A DNA stretch of 64,000 nucleotides from Desulfuromonadales bacterium (GCA_041677125.1 JBAYQP010000003.1:45421-109420); one strand, 5' to 3'; positions 20,758-30,424 are shown, numbered from the stretch's first letter. The notes: generated by a model from the letters alone, not told the origin. Numbers and translations are program-made.

Positions 20758-22176
20758 TCAGACGCCGGCGGTGGCGGCAGCGGGTTTGCCGGCCGCGTCA
20801 CGGGACTTGCCGCGGGCGGTCTGGGCCAGGTTGTAGATGAACAGCGCAATCCCGGCCAGATAGATAACGCCGCTCAGGGCGCGCGCCCAGTAATAGGGAT
20901 ACATTTCCACCAGCGTTTCCATGAAGGAATACATCAGACTGCCGTCCGGGTTCATGGCGTGCCACATGCCCGCCTGCTGCACCCCGGCCACCCACATGCT
21001 CACCGAATAGAGCAGTTGCCCGGCTAAAACCAGCCAGAATTGCATATTGGCCAGGGGAATGCTGTACAGCTCGCGGCCGTACAGGAGCGGCGCCAGGTAA
21101 TAGATGGCGGCGAACAGGACCAGGGACACCCAGCCGAGGGTGCCCATGTGCACGTGCCCCGGCACCCAGTCGGTGTAGTGGATGAAGCCGGAGAAGGAGC
21201 GCACCGCCTGCAAGGGCCCCTGCAACGTCTGCAGGCCGTAGAAGGTGATGCCCAGGATCAGGAATTTGACCAGATAGTTCTCCCGCATCTGGTGCCACTG
21301 GCCGTTCATCGACAGATAGCCGTTGACCACCGAACCCCAGGAGGGCGCGATCAGCATGATCGAGAAGGCCATGGCCAGGGTCTGCACCCAGTCGGGGATC
21401 GGCGTCCAGAGAAGATGGTGGGCGCCGGTCCACAGGTACATGAATATCAGGCTCCAGAAGGCGACGATGGACAGGCGATGGCTGAAGATCGGTACGCCGG
21501 TCGATTTAGGCAGGAAATAATAGAAAATGGCGAGGGGCGGCAGCGTCAGCACCATCGCCACGGCGTTGTGCCCGTACCACCATTGCACGTTGGCGTCGTT
21601 GACGCCGGCGTAAGCCGAGTAGGATTTGAACAGGGACACCGGCACCGCCGCGCCGTTCACCAGATACAGCACGGCGACGCCGACCAGCGAGGCGAGCATG
21701 AACCAGAGGGAGACGTACATCTGCTCCTCCTTCCGGCGGACGACGGTCATGACGATATTGATGGAAAAGATCACCCAGAGCACCACCACCATCAGATCGA
21801 CCGGCCACTCGAGTTCGTGGTATTCCTTCGACTGGTTGAAACCGAGCAGCAAGGTGACCGCCGCTGCGATAATGGTCGCATTGAAGAGCCACAGTTGAAC
21901 CCGCGCCAGTTTGTCGCTCCAGAGAGGAGCGCGGCAGAGCCGCTGCACCATGTAGAGAAAAAGAGCGAAAAAGGTGCCGATGGCCCAGCCGAAAACGCCG
22001 GCATTGGTGTGCAGGGGGCGCAGCCGGCCGTAGGTGAGGTAAGGGGCGAGGTTGAGATCGGCATTGACCAGTTGGAAGGAGATCAACACCCCCAGCAGAA
22101 TGGAAACCAGCCCCCAGAGAATGCTCCAGTGAATAAAGCTGCGCACGATGCCGATATTGTACTGCGGTTTGTCCAT
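20758..22176 (-). CDS. ccoN: cbb3-type cytochrome c oxidase subunit I CcoN
   Basis: Twelve TM segments with heme-copper His ligands (YGHNAV, WTGAHHL, HYTDWVPGHVHMG). ATG at 22176 with AAGGAGG RBS. The track N-terminal extension was rejected. Confidence 0.92.
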   Translation of the reverse strand: MDKPQYNIGIVRSFIHWSILWGLVSILLGVLISFQLVNADLNLAPYLTYGRLRPLHTNAGVFGWAIGTFFALFLYMVQRLCRAPLWSDKLARVQLWLFNATIIAAAVTLLLGFNQSKEYHELEWPVDLMVVVLWVIFSINIVMTVVRRKEEQMYVSLWFMLASLVGVAVLYLVNGAAVPVSLFKSYSAYAGVNDANVQWWYGHNAVAMVLTLPPLAIFYYFLPKSTGVPIFSHRLSIVAFWSLIFMYLWTGAHHLLWTPIPDWVQTLAMAFSIMLIAPSWGSVVNGYLSMNGQWHQMRENYLVKFLILGITFYGLQTLQGPLQAVRSFSGFIHYTDWVPGHVHMGTLGWVSLVLFAAIYYLAPLLYGRELYSIPLANMQFWLVLAGQLLYSVSMWVAGVQQAGMWHAMNPDGSLMYSFMETLVEMYPYYWARALSGVIYLAGIALFIYNLAQTARGKSRDAAGKPAAATAGV

Positions 22177-22457
22177 GGATCCTCCTTGCGATCGCTCCCG
22201 AAACCCCGGGCGATTCTGCCGGCCGGCAAGCCGGACCGGAAAACGAAAACCGCTGATCGTCGTCAACAGGCGGCGAATCGGCGGTTCATTGCAACGCGCA
22301 TGCGGTTTTGCAGGTCGGGCATGCTTGCCTCGAATAAGCGATGGGCTGCTCCGGGAGCAGGTGAAAAATACCCTTTTTGGTTGCCTTCTGTCAATCAACT
22401 GGGGGAAAATCGTTGCGTTTGCAGCCCTTTTCACTAACCCTCACCTGGAGGAAAACG

Positions 22458-22769
22458 ATGACCAAGGAGGAACTGGCCCGGTGCGACGGGCAGGAAGGGC
22501 GCCGCGCCTGGGTGGCGGTCAACGGCAAGATCTACGATTTCACCGACAGCAATATGTGGCGCGCCGGCAACCATGCCGGCCGGCACCGGGCGGGGTGCGA
22601 TTTGTCGGCCGAGCTGGCGCAGGCGCCGCATGTGCGGGCGGTCATCGAGCGGTTTCCGGTGGTGGCGGAGCTGCTCGAAGACGCGCCGGCGGAAAGGAAA
22701 AGGCCTTGGCCGGCTTGGATCGTCTCGGCCCTGGCGCTGATCGGGGTGCTCTGGTTTCTCCTTCGCTGA
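22458..22769 (+). CDS. Cytochrome b5-like heme/steroid-binding domain protein with C-terminal TM
   Basis: MTKEELARCDGQEGRRAWVAVNGKIYDFT pattern of the b5-like domain. TM WIVSALALIGVLWFLL. GGAGG RBS before 22458. Confidence 0.7.
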   Translation: MTKEELARCDGQEGRRAWVAVNGKIYDFTDSNMWRAGNHAGRHRAGCDLSAELAQAPHVRAVIERFPVVAELLEDAPAERKRPWPAWIVSALALIGVLWFLLR

Positions 22770-22794
22770 GGCGCGCCACGCGACCGGAGCGGAA

Positions 22795-23697
22795 TTATTC
22801 GTTCAGGTAGCGATAGCTTTGCAGATCGATGCCGGCCTCTTCGGCCATGGCGAAAACCGGCAGGTAATCCTCGCGGCTGGTGGCGATGAAGTGCAGCGCC
22901 CCGAGCTTTTCCAGCACCTCCTTGCCCCGTGCCGAGCGCTCCATCTCCAGCAGCGCCTGGCGCAGCCGGGCGAGCAGAGCCGGATCGAGGTCGTCGCGCA
23001 GGCAAAGAGCGTTGGAGGGCGCCGGCGCGGAAGTGGCAAGAACCAGCAGCTCCCGATCGATGCGCGGATTGTTCAGCCGGACGAATTCGTACACGGTGTT
23101 CTTCGATGCGCCGATATCGGCCTTGCCGTTGAGAACCGCGTCCATGGCCGCATCGTGGCTGCCGGAAAAGAAATATTCGCCGAAGAAGGCGGCGAAGTCA
23201 TCAATGCCGTTTTTCCGCAGGAGGGCGAGGGGGAAAAGATAGCCGGCCGTGGTCGCTTTATCGACGAAGGCGAACTTTTTCCCGCGCATGTCGCCGACGC
23301 CGGCGATGCCGCTGTCCTTGCGCACATACAGCAACCCGCGGTAGGTCGATTCGCCATCGAGGTTGACCGGCCTGGCCAGTGGCATCAGCCGCAGTTGCCG
23401 CAGCGCCAGGGCGCCGGTGAAGGAACCGAAAAAGGCGCCGTCCAACTCCCCCTTGCCGAAACTTTCCAGAATGTTGCCGTAGCGGCTGAGGATGACCATC
23501 TTCACTTCGGCCCCGGTTTGTTCCGACAGGTAGTCGGCAACCGGTTTGTAACGCGCCATCTGCTTGAACACGTTCATTTCCGGAATCAGCCCGATGCGCA
23601 GCTGCTTCGGCGGCGCCTGGGCGTGACCGGCGAGGGGCGCGATGACGATGGCCAGCAGCAGCGCAACGGCGCATCGGCAAACTTGCCAGAACCTCAT
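22795..23697 (-). CDS. PhnD-like periplasmic substrate-binding protein
   Basis: Signal peptide, LRIGLIPE, SRYGNILESF, FVDKATTAGYLFP are typical of the PhnD/phosphonate-binding fold. ATGA overlap with the upstream GGDEF-EAL gene. Confidence 0.8.
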   Translation of the reverse strand: MRFWQVCRCAVALLLAIVIAPLAGHAQAPPKQLRIGLIPEMNVFKQMARYKPVADYLSEQTGAEVKMVILSRYGNILESFGKGELDGAFFGSFTGALALRQLRLMPLARPVNLDGESTYRGLLYVRKDSGIAGVGDMRGKKFAFVDKATTAGYLFPLALLRKNGIDDFAAFFGEYFFSGSHDAAMDAVLNGKADIGASKNTVYEFVRLNNPRIDRELLVLATSAPAPSNALCLRDDLDPALLARLRQALLEMERSARGKEVLEKLGALHFIATSREDYLPVFAMAEEAGIDLQSYRYLNE

Positions 23698-26207
23698 CCC
23701 GCAATCTCCTTCCTCTTCCCGGGCATGACCAGCGGCGCATCGGCCCGCAGCAGCGCGGCGATTTCCTCGGGCTGCATCGGGTGGTAGAAAACGTAGCCCT
23801 GCACCAGTTCACAGCCGAGATCGCTGATCGCCTGCAGCTGCTCCCCCGTCTCTACCCCTTCGGCGACGATCTGCATCTTCAGGCTGCCAGCCAAGGCAAT
23901 GATCGTCTTGACGATCTCCGAATGCTCCTTTTCGACATGCATTTTTTCGATGAACGAGCGGTCGATCTTCAACGTATCGACGGGGAACTGGTGAAGATAG
24001 CTCAGCGAGGAATAGCCGGTGCCGAAGTCGTCGATATGCAGGCCGATCCCCAACTGGCGCAATTGCAGGAGCAGCGCCGCCGCCGTCAGCGGATCGTGCA
24101 TCAGGGTGCGTTCGGTGATTTCCAGGCGCAAGGTCGCAGGGACAATCCCGGTCTCGGCGAAGATTGCTTTAATCTCGTCCAGCAGGGACGGGGTAAACTC
24201 CTGGCTGGACAGGTTGACATTGATCGTCGGCAGCGGCGGCGGAAAATCCTTCTGCCACCGGCTCGCCTGGCGACACGCCTCCCTGAGCACCCACAGACCG
24301 ATGGGCGCGATCAGTCCGCTCTCCTCCGCCAGCGGGATGAACTCCACCGGACTGACCACGCCGAGGGTCGGATGATCCCAGCGGATGAGCGCCTCGAAAC
24401 CGCTGATCCGTTCCGTACGCAGCGAGACGATCGGCTGGTAAACCAGGTGGAACTCGTTGCGCTCAACCGCCGTGCGCAGATCGGTCTCCAGCTGCAACCG
24501 GCGCATGGCGCCGGCGTACATGGAGGGCTCGAAGAGTTCGCAGCGGGCCTTGCCGTTGCCCTTGGCCCGATACATCGCCAGGCTGGCATCGCGCAGCAAT
24601 TCATCCGGACGCTGATAGTCGGGTGTATTCAAGGTGATGCCGATGCTGCCGGTAACCGTCACCTCTTGTCCTTCGATCCGCATCGGCTGCGGCAGCTCCC
24701 CTTGAATTCTTTGCGCAATCCCCCTGGCGTCCTCTTCGCCATGGATATCTTCGAGCAGGATGGCGAATTCATCGCCGCCCATGCGCGCCACCGTGTCGTT
24801 GGGCCGCAGATAGCCGGAAAGGCGCGTCGCCACGGTGGCCAGCAAGCGATCGCCTAATCGATGGCCGAGGCTATCGTTGATGTTTTTGAAGCGATCGAGA
24901 TTGAAAAACAGCACGGCGAAGCGATAGCTGGCATGGCGCTGCGCCGTCTTCAGCGCCTGGTCCAGGCGGTCCAGGAACAGGGCCCGGTTCGGCAACCCGG
25001 TCAGCGCATCGTGGAACGCGTCGTGGAGCAGTCGTTCTTCGGCGCGCTTGCGCTCGGTAATGTCGGTCTGCGAACCGGCCATCCGGCATGCGACGCCGCC
25101 GGCATCGCGCTCGGCAATGCCGCGCACCAGCATCCAGCGGCACGAACCGTCCTTGAGCACGACGCGGTGCTCGTCCTCCAGGCAGTCGGAGAAGCCCTCG
25201 ATATGGCCGCTGATTTTGGCCGCCAGCCGCTGCCGGTCGTCGGCATGCACCAGGCGCAGCCAGTTCTCCGGGCCGCGCCCGCTTTCCATCGCCGCCAGTC
25301 CGAGCATGGCCAACCAGCGCGGGGAGAAGTAGATGGCGTTGCTCTTCAAATCCCAGTCCCACAACCCGTCGTTGGCGCCGCGGGCGGCCAGGGCGTAGCG
25401 CTCTTCGCTGTGCCGCAAAGCCGCCTCGGTCTCCCTTCGCTCGCCGATTTCACGCTGCAGGGCGGCGTAGCTGTCCTTAAGGGACCGGCTCATGTCGTTG
25501 AAATTTTGCGCCAGCTCGCCGAATTCGGCGTGAAATCGATCCTGCACCGCATAGCCAAGCCGTCCTTGGGCGATTTTTCGGGTGGCGTCCACCAGGGTGG
25601 AAACGGGACGGGTAATCGATTTGCTCAGATGAACCGCGATGGCGACGCTGAACAGAAAAGAAAGAACAAGCGTCAGGGCGAGGAGGGTTTTGGCCTGCGC
25701 AACCCGGGAAAGGGCAAGGTCGGTGCGGCTGTTGACATTGTTCGCCGCGGTGAAAGACATTTTTTCCGCGTGGGACAGAAGGCGGTTGCCGGCCAGGCTC
25801 GCCTCCATTTTCAGGCTGTCGATGAGCTCCCGGTTGGCGGCGGTGGTGATATAGAAACTCAGCCGGTCCTCGAAGTCGCGGATGAGCGTCCGCATTTCCC
25901 CCAGTTGCCCGGCAATCTCCGGCTGGTGGTGACAGGCGAAGCAGGCGCTGGCGGTCGCCTCCAGGCTGCCGACATTCTCCACGATGGCGTCGAGGCCCAG
26001 GTCCAGCGGCGTGCGCACCGTATGCAGAGCGGTTAGAGCTTTCAGGGTGTTTTGCACCAGGGTGTGCCGGAGGTCTTCGATCTGGTGCAGTTTGATCAGG
26101 TTCTGGAAGAGCGCGGTGGTGGTGGCAAACTGGAAAGCAGCGACAAGTCCGCCGCAGCCGAAGAAGAGAAAAAGAAAAGCCAGGGAGATGGTGATCTTTC
26201 TTTTCAT
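23694..26207 (-). CDS. Membrane sensor diguanylate cyclase/phosphodiesterase (periplasmic domain-HAMP-PAS-GGDEF-EAL)
   Basis: Two TM segments flank a ~150-aa periplasmic domain containing CFACH. Also HAMP, PAS, GGDEF (RMGGDEFAIL) and EAL (FEALIRW, DDFGTGYSSL). Start taken at MKRKITISLAF (26207); could be 26264. Confidence 0.85.
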   Translation of the reverse strand: MKRKITISLAFLFLFFGCGGLVAAFQFATTTALFQNLIKLHQIEDLRHTLVQNTLKALTALHTVRTPLDLGLDAIVENVGSLEATASACFACHHQPEIAGQLGEMRTLIRDFEDRLSFYITTAANRELIDSLKMEASLAGNRLLSHAEKMSFTAANNVNSRTDLALSRVAQAKTLLALTLVLSFLFSVAIAVHLSKSITRPVSTLVDATRKIAQGRLGYAVQDRFHAEFGELAQNFNDMSRSLKDSYAALQREIGERRETEAALRHSEERYALAARGANDGLWDWDLKSNAIYFSPRWLAMLGLAAMESGRGPENWLRLVHADDRQRLAAKISGHIEGFSDCLEDEHRVVLKDGSCRWMLVRGIAERDAGGVACRMAGSQTDITERKRAEERLLHDAFHDALTGLPNRALFLDRLDQALKTAQRHASYRFAVLFFNLDRFKNINDSLGHRLGDRLLATVATRLSGYLRPNDTVARMGGDEFAILLEDIHGEEDARGIAQRIQGELPQPMRIEGQEVTVTGSIGITLNTPDYQRPDELLRDASLAMYRAKGNGKARCELFEPSMYAGAMRRLQLETDLRTAVERNEFHLVYQPIVSLRTERISGFEALIRWDHPTLGVVSPVEFIPLAEESGLIAPIGLWVLREACRQASRWQKDFPPPLPTINVNLSSQEFTPSLLDEIKAIFAETGIVPATLRLEITERTLMHDPLTAAALLLQLRQLGIGLHIDDFGTGYSSLSYLHQFPVDTLKIDRSFIEKMHVEKEHSEIVKTIIALAGSLKMQIVAEGVETGEQLQAISDLGCELVQGYVFYHPMQPEEIAALLRADAPLVMPGKRKEIAG

Positions 26208-26335
26208 GGCGCTTCCGCGGAGAATCCGTTGGGATTCTTCTCTTCTCCGGAAAAAGTAAAACAACGGTTTAAAGGAATGTAAGTGCCTGAAAATACCTCA
26301 TCGACGACGAAAATGTCAAAATTAAAGTGGCGCGT

Positions 26336-26638
26336 TCAACGATTTCGAACCGGATCCGGCGGCCGCAGCCACACCAGCGTTGCGCCCCAGCCGCCGGCGT
26401 CCTCCCCGGCCTGGCGAAAGGATGCGACCTCGGGAAGGCGCGCCAGCAGGGAATGCACGCTGCGCAGCAGCGTCCCGGTTCCCTTGCCGTGAATGATGCG
26501 CACCTGCAGGATCCCCCGCCGGCGGCATTCGTCCAGATAATCGGGAACAAGCGTCTTCAGGTCGCGCGGGCGAAAATGATGCAGGTCGAGGACGCCGTCG
26601 ATGGGCAGGATGATTTCTTCGGGGATTTCTTCGTCCAT
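26336..26638 (-). CDS. Stand-alone Smr domain protein
   Basis: DGVLDLHHF...VRIIHGKGTGTLLRSV Smr motif. The first ATG is at 26638; the track start at 26662 is a TTG. Confidence 0.75.
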   Translation of the reverse strand: MDEEIPEEIILPIDGVLDLHHFRPRDLKTLVPDYLDECRRRGILQVRIIHGKGTGTLLRSVHSLLARLPEVASFRQAGEDAGGWGATLVWLRPPDPVRNR

Positions 26639-26727
26639 GGCGATAATTGTAATGCAGAACAATCGGTAATCCCAGCCCGTCGTTCACGCCGGGCGCCCTT
26701 CCTGCCCGATCGCCGAGCCCGGCTTCC

Positions 26728-27008
26728 TCACCCCTTCGCCTTGCGTTTCATGACAATGTACGCCTGGTTGAGGAAATCGGAGGGCGCGGCGGCGGCGAAG
26801 GTGGTGGCGATCATGCGGGTGAGGCGGGGGGCGGCGCCCGCAGGGGGCTGGTGACCTTCCCCAGGGTGGCGCTGCGCGAAATCTTGTGTGTCGCCAGCCC
26901 GGTGACGAGCAGATCCTGCGGCGCGAAGCGTTCGGGGAAGCGGTCCTTGAGGACGGCGAAAGCGCTCAGGTGGATGCCGAGCAGCACCGCGTAGGCGCCC
27001 AGCGGCAT
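26728..27008 (-). pseudogene. Small membrane protein gene apparently split by a frameshift (DUF1360-like, tentative)
   Basis: A protein-like N-terminal part (MPLGAYAVLLGIHLSAFAVLKDRF...GKVTSPLRAP) lies in one frame. A protein-like tail (TRMIATTFAAAAPSDFLNQAYIVMKRKAKG) lies in another. The switch is near the G6 run at 26826-26831. Confidence 0.3.
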
Positions 27009-27062
27009 TGCGTCCTCCGCGCCGTATTCGGGAAAGATCCGCTTGAGGTTCGAGATAAGAGC

Positions 27063-27929
27063 TCAACCTTTTTCCAGCAAAGCCGGCGGCACTTGGGCCT
27101 CACAAGGGATTTTGACCTGGCACAGGCCGCAGGGCGTGGCGCCGGTGCCGTAGGTTTTGGTGGCGTAGGGGGCGGTGGTCGTCCGAATGTAGGCGTAACA
27201 GGCCTGCTTGTCGTGCCCCTCGCTGGTGGTGATGGCGTTGGCCGGGCAGCGTTTGGCGCAGGCGCCGCAGGTTCCCTTGGCATACCAGAGGCACCAGGCG
27301 TGATGGTCATCGCCGTAGATTCGCTGCGTAACCGGCAGATCGATGCGCGACACCACCGAGCCGAAGCGCACCGCCTTCCCCCAGCGGGTGATCATCGCAT
27401 CGGAGAGGCTGAATGTCCCGTGACCGGCGACGAAGGCCGCGTGGCGCTCCGACCAGTTGGAGGCCAGGCCGAAGCGCTCCGACTGCTGATAGCTAAAATC
27501 GGGCAAACACTCCGGCGCCACCGAAGGATATCCTGCCCTGGTGAGAGTCTCCGCCAGGTGCAGCCGCAGGTCGCAGTTGAACTTTTCGCCATGGAACCGC
27601 GAACGCGCCCAGCGTTCGGCGGGCACGGTCTGTTCCCGGCGCTGGTCCGCACGGGTTTCCGGAGTCTGCGGCAAAACATAGCTGATGACCCGCAACTCGC
27701 AGGCAGGGGCCGGGGACGCGGGAAATGCAAGGGCGTAAGCCTCTTCCGGTGTCCAGTGAAAGGGGCCGATCAGCTCTTTGTTGCGAAGAAACAGGCGATC
27801 ATCTCCCCGCGCGATGGCAACGTGCGGCTTTGCCCAAGCCTTCTCGCCGGTTTCGAGGTGCAGGCGGTTACTTGAGGCGGCTGCCCAGAAGTCGTTGATG
27901 AGCGCTTCCACTTGAATGACAGAATCCAT
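27063..27929 (-). CDS. QueG/reductive-dehalogenase-family 4Fe-4S protein
   Basis: C-terminal CGACAKRCP and CGLCQVKIPC iron-sulfur motifs. Overall similarity by eye to epoxyqueuosine reductase-like proteins. Start is ambiguous (27929 or 27974); the track start at 28280 overlaps the kinase gene. Confidence 0.55.
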   Translation of the reverse strand: MDSVIQVEALINDFWAAASSNRLHLETGEKAWAKPHVAIARGDDRLFLRNKELIGPFHWTPEEAYALAFPASPAPACELRVISYVLPQTPETRADQRREQTVPAERWARSRFHGEKFNCDLRLHLAETLTRAGYPSVAPECLPDFSYQQSERFGLASNWSERHAAFVAGHGTFSLSDAMITRWGKAVRFGSVVSRIDLPVTQRIYGDDHHAWCLWYAKGTCGACAKRCPANAITTSEGHDKQACYAYIRTTTAPYATKTYGTGATPCGLCQVKIPCEAQVPPALLEKG

Positions 27930-28003
27930 CCACTCTCTCTCGCTGCGGTTGTCTGGTTCGGTTGCAAGGGGCATGCCGACAACCCCTGCGCGGCCGCGCC
28001 AGA

Positions 28004-30424
28004 TCAGTTTCCGGGCATCCGCGCTCTCGCGCCGCAAGGGCAACTTTCGATAGCTCTGGTCAAGGCGTCCATATCGAGGGGTTTGGCCAGGAAACCGTCC
28101 ATGCCCGCCGCCAGGCACTCCTCCCGGTCTTCCGCCCGGGCGTGGGCGGTGAGGGCAAAGATGCAGGTCCTTTTTCCGTCGCCACCTTCCAGCCGGCGGA
28201 TCTGCCGGGTGGCTTCCAGCCCGTCCATCTCCGGCATCTGCAGGTCCATCAGGATAAGATCGATCCCGCCGGCCCGCCACTGGGCCACCGTTTCGCGCCC
28301 GTTTTCCGCGACAGACACGGCAAGTTGCCGCTTCCGGAGGACCATCGTCACCAACTCCCGCACCGCCGGATCATCCTCGGCCAGCAGAACGTGCATTGGC
28401 AAGGCGCATTTTCCCGCCGCTGCCGCCGGTGGCGGCGGGGCGGGCGCTTTTCCCGGCCGCAAGGGAAGGTGGAAGGTGAAAGTGCTCCCTGCGCCGACCG
28501 CGCTTTCCACCGCGAGGTCGCCGCCCATCATCTCCACAAGTTCTTTGCTGATCGCCAACCCCAGGCCGCTGCCGCCGTAGCGGCGCGTCAGCGAACTGTC
28601 CACCTGCGTAAAAGGCTGGAAGAGGAGGTCGATTTTATCCGGCGGAATGCCGATGCCGGTATCGTGGATGATAAACGTCAGCTTCCTGTTCATCTCCACC
28701 GCCCTTACGGTCACATCGCCGGTTTTGGTGAATTTCACGGCGTTGCCGACCAGGTTGACCAACACCCGCCCAAGACGGGAGGCGTCGCCGCACACCTGTT
28801 GCGGCAGCTGCGGATCGACACTCCAGGCAAGATGCAGCCCCTTCTCCCGCGCCGGCGTCGCACACATCTCCATCGCCTGGCGGACGCACTCGCGCAGGTC
28901 GAAAGACGCCTCCTCGATCTTCAATTGCCCGGATTCGATCTTGCCGATATCGAGCAGGTCCTCGATGATCCCCAGGAGTCGCTGCGCGGAGGTATCGATC
29001 ATCGCCAGGAGCTGCTCGCGCTCCGGGGCGTCCCAGGATTTCTCCAGATATTCCAGGGCGCCCATGATCACGGTCATCGGCGTGCGCAGCTCATGGCTCA
29101 TGTTGGCCAGAAACTGGCTCTTGGCCTGATTCGCATCCTCGGCCGCCATCTTGGCCGCAAGCAGTTCCTGCTCCATCTGCTTGCGCTCGGTCATGTCCTG
29201 GACGACGGTGACGAGGTGCGAAGGCGCTCCTTCAGCATCACGCACCACCCCGACCGACACATACACCCAGATCGTCTTGCCGTCCCTGCGGAAATATCGC
29301 TTTTCAAGCCGGCAGGCGGAGGCTTCGCCGGAAACGAGTTCACGAAGAGCGTCCCGGGTCCGCTGCAGGTCCTCCGGATGGGTGATCTCGAAAATCGATT
29401 TGCCCGCCAACTTGTCCGGCGTGTAGCCGAGGATCTGGCAAAGCCGATCGTTGACCCGCAGAAACCGGCCGTTGAGATCCATCTGCCCCGCGCCGACCGA
29501 CGCATTCTGGAAGAAGGCCCGGAACTGCTCCTCGCTCTTGCACAGCTTGCGCAGGGCCTGCACGTTGGCGGTCACGTCGCGGACGATTTGGGCGGCGCCG
29601 ATCAGATGGCCATCGGCGTCGTGCAACGGGTTGAAGCGCATTTCGAAGAATTTTTCCCCGTGGCCGGCGCCGTCCAGTTCCTCGATCGCGGTGAACGTCT
29701 CGCCTTGCAAAGCCCGCCGCCAGAGCCGTATCAGAGGCTCGGTTCGTTCGGCGGGCAGATGGGCCAGCGCCGTGAGCATGCTGTCGCCCAGTTGAATGTC
29801 CGTCCCGAAGAGCCGCTGGAATTCCTTGCGGTAGGCGCGATTGAAGAGGGTGTAGCGGAAATCGAGATCCAGATCGGCGATCTGGTCCTTGGTCCCCTCG
29901 GTGACCCCCTCCAGCAGTTCATGCGCCTGCCGCAGGCGTTCCCGGCTGTCCCGGATCTCGGCCTTGGCCTGTTTGCGTTCGGTGACGTCGCGCACATGGC
30001 CAAGAATGACATCCTTTCCGTTCAGCCGGACGCCGCACAGGGAGATCTCGGCATCGAACGCCACCCCCGTCCGGTAGCGCCGCCCCTTCCATTCGAAATG
30101 CTGCTCCTCGCCCGCTATCGCCTTCGCCCAGATGGCTTTGGCCTCATCCATCGACATCGAGGAAACCGAGATGTCGGCAATGGTCAGGCGCACGGCCTCC
30201 TCCCGACTGATCCCGTGCAGGCGCTCGAAGGCTTTGTTGACCTCCAGGATCTGGCCGTCCAGGGAATGGATGACGATCGAATCCTGGCTGCTGTCGAAAA
30301 CGGCACGCAGGATCTCGGCGGCCTTCCTCGCCTCGTCCCGCTCCTTTTCCGCATCCCGGAGCCGTCGCCAGATCTGGACCTCACGTTCCGATTCCTGCCG
30401 AGCGGGATCTTTTTGATCGTCCAT
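28004..30424 (-). CDS. Cytoplasmic multi-PAS hybrid sensor histidine kinase/response regulator
   Basis: Several PAS repeats, H-box SHELRTPM, HATPase N/G boxes (GNAVKFT, DTGIGI, GGSGLGL), and a C-terminal receiver (LLAEDD...DLILMDLQMPEMDG). Confidence 0.9.
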   Translation of the reverse strand: MDDQKDPARQESEREVQIWRRLRDAEKERDEARKAAEILRAVFDSSQDSIVIHSLDGQILEVNKAFERLHGISREEAVRLTIADISVSSMSMDEAKAIWAKAIAGEEQHFEWKGRRYRTGVAFDAEISLCGVRLNGKDVILGHVRDVTERKQAKAEIRDSRERLRQAHELLEGVTEGTKDQIADLDLDFRYTLFNRAYRKEFQRLFGTDIQLGDSMLTALAHLPAERTEPLIRLWRRALQGETFTAIEELDGAGHGEKFFEMRFNPLHDADGHLIGAAQIVRDVTANVQALRKLCKSEEQFRAFFQNASVGAGQMDLNGRFLRVNDRLCQILGYTPDKLAGKSIFEITHPEDLQRTRDALRELVSGEASACRLEKRYFRRDGKTIWVYVSVGVVRDAEGAPSHLVTVVQDMTERKQMEQELLAAKMAAEDANQAKSQFLANMSHELRTPMTVIMGALEYLEKSWDAPEREQLLAMIDTSAQRLLGIIEDLLDIGKIESGQLKIEEASFDLRECVRQAMEMCATPAREKGLHLAWSVDPQLPQQVCGDASRLGRVLVNLVGNAVKFTKTGDVTVRAVEMNRKLTFIIHDTGIGIPPDKIDLLFQPFTQVDSSLTRRYGGSGLGLAISKELVEMMGGDLAVESAVGAGSTFTFHLPLRPGKAPAPPPPAAAAGKCALPMHVLLAEDDPAVRELVTMVLRKRQLAVSVAENGRETVAQWRAGGIDLILMDLQMPEMDGLEATRQIRRLEGGDGKRTCIFALTAHARAEDREECLAAGMDGFLAKPLDMDALTRAIESCPCGARARMPGN

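Noticed and set aside
17868-22437. Several 380-560-aa + strand ORFs across the cco locus (17868-19553, 19165-20316, 21040-22437)
   Set aside because: All are antisense to ccoG/P/O/N, which have diagnostic heme, copper and Fe-S motifs. The + strand ORFs are compositionally biased and lack motifs.
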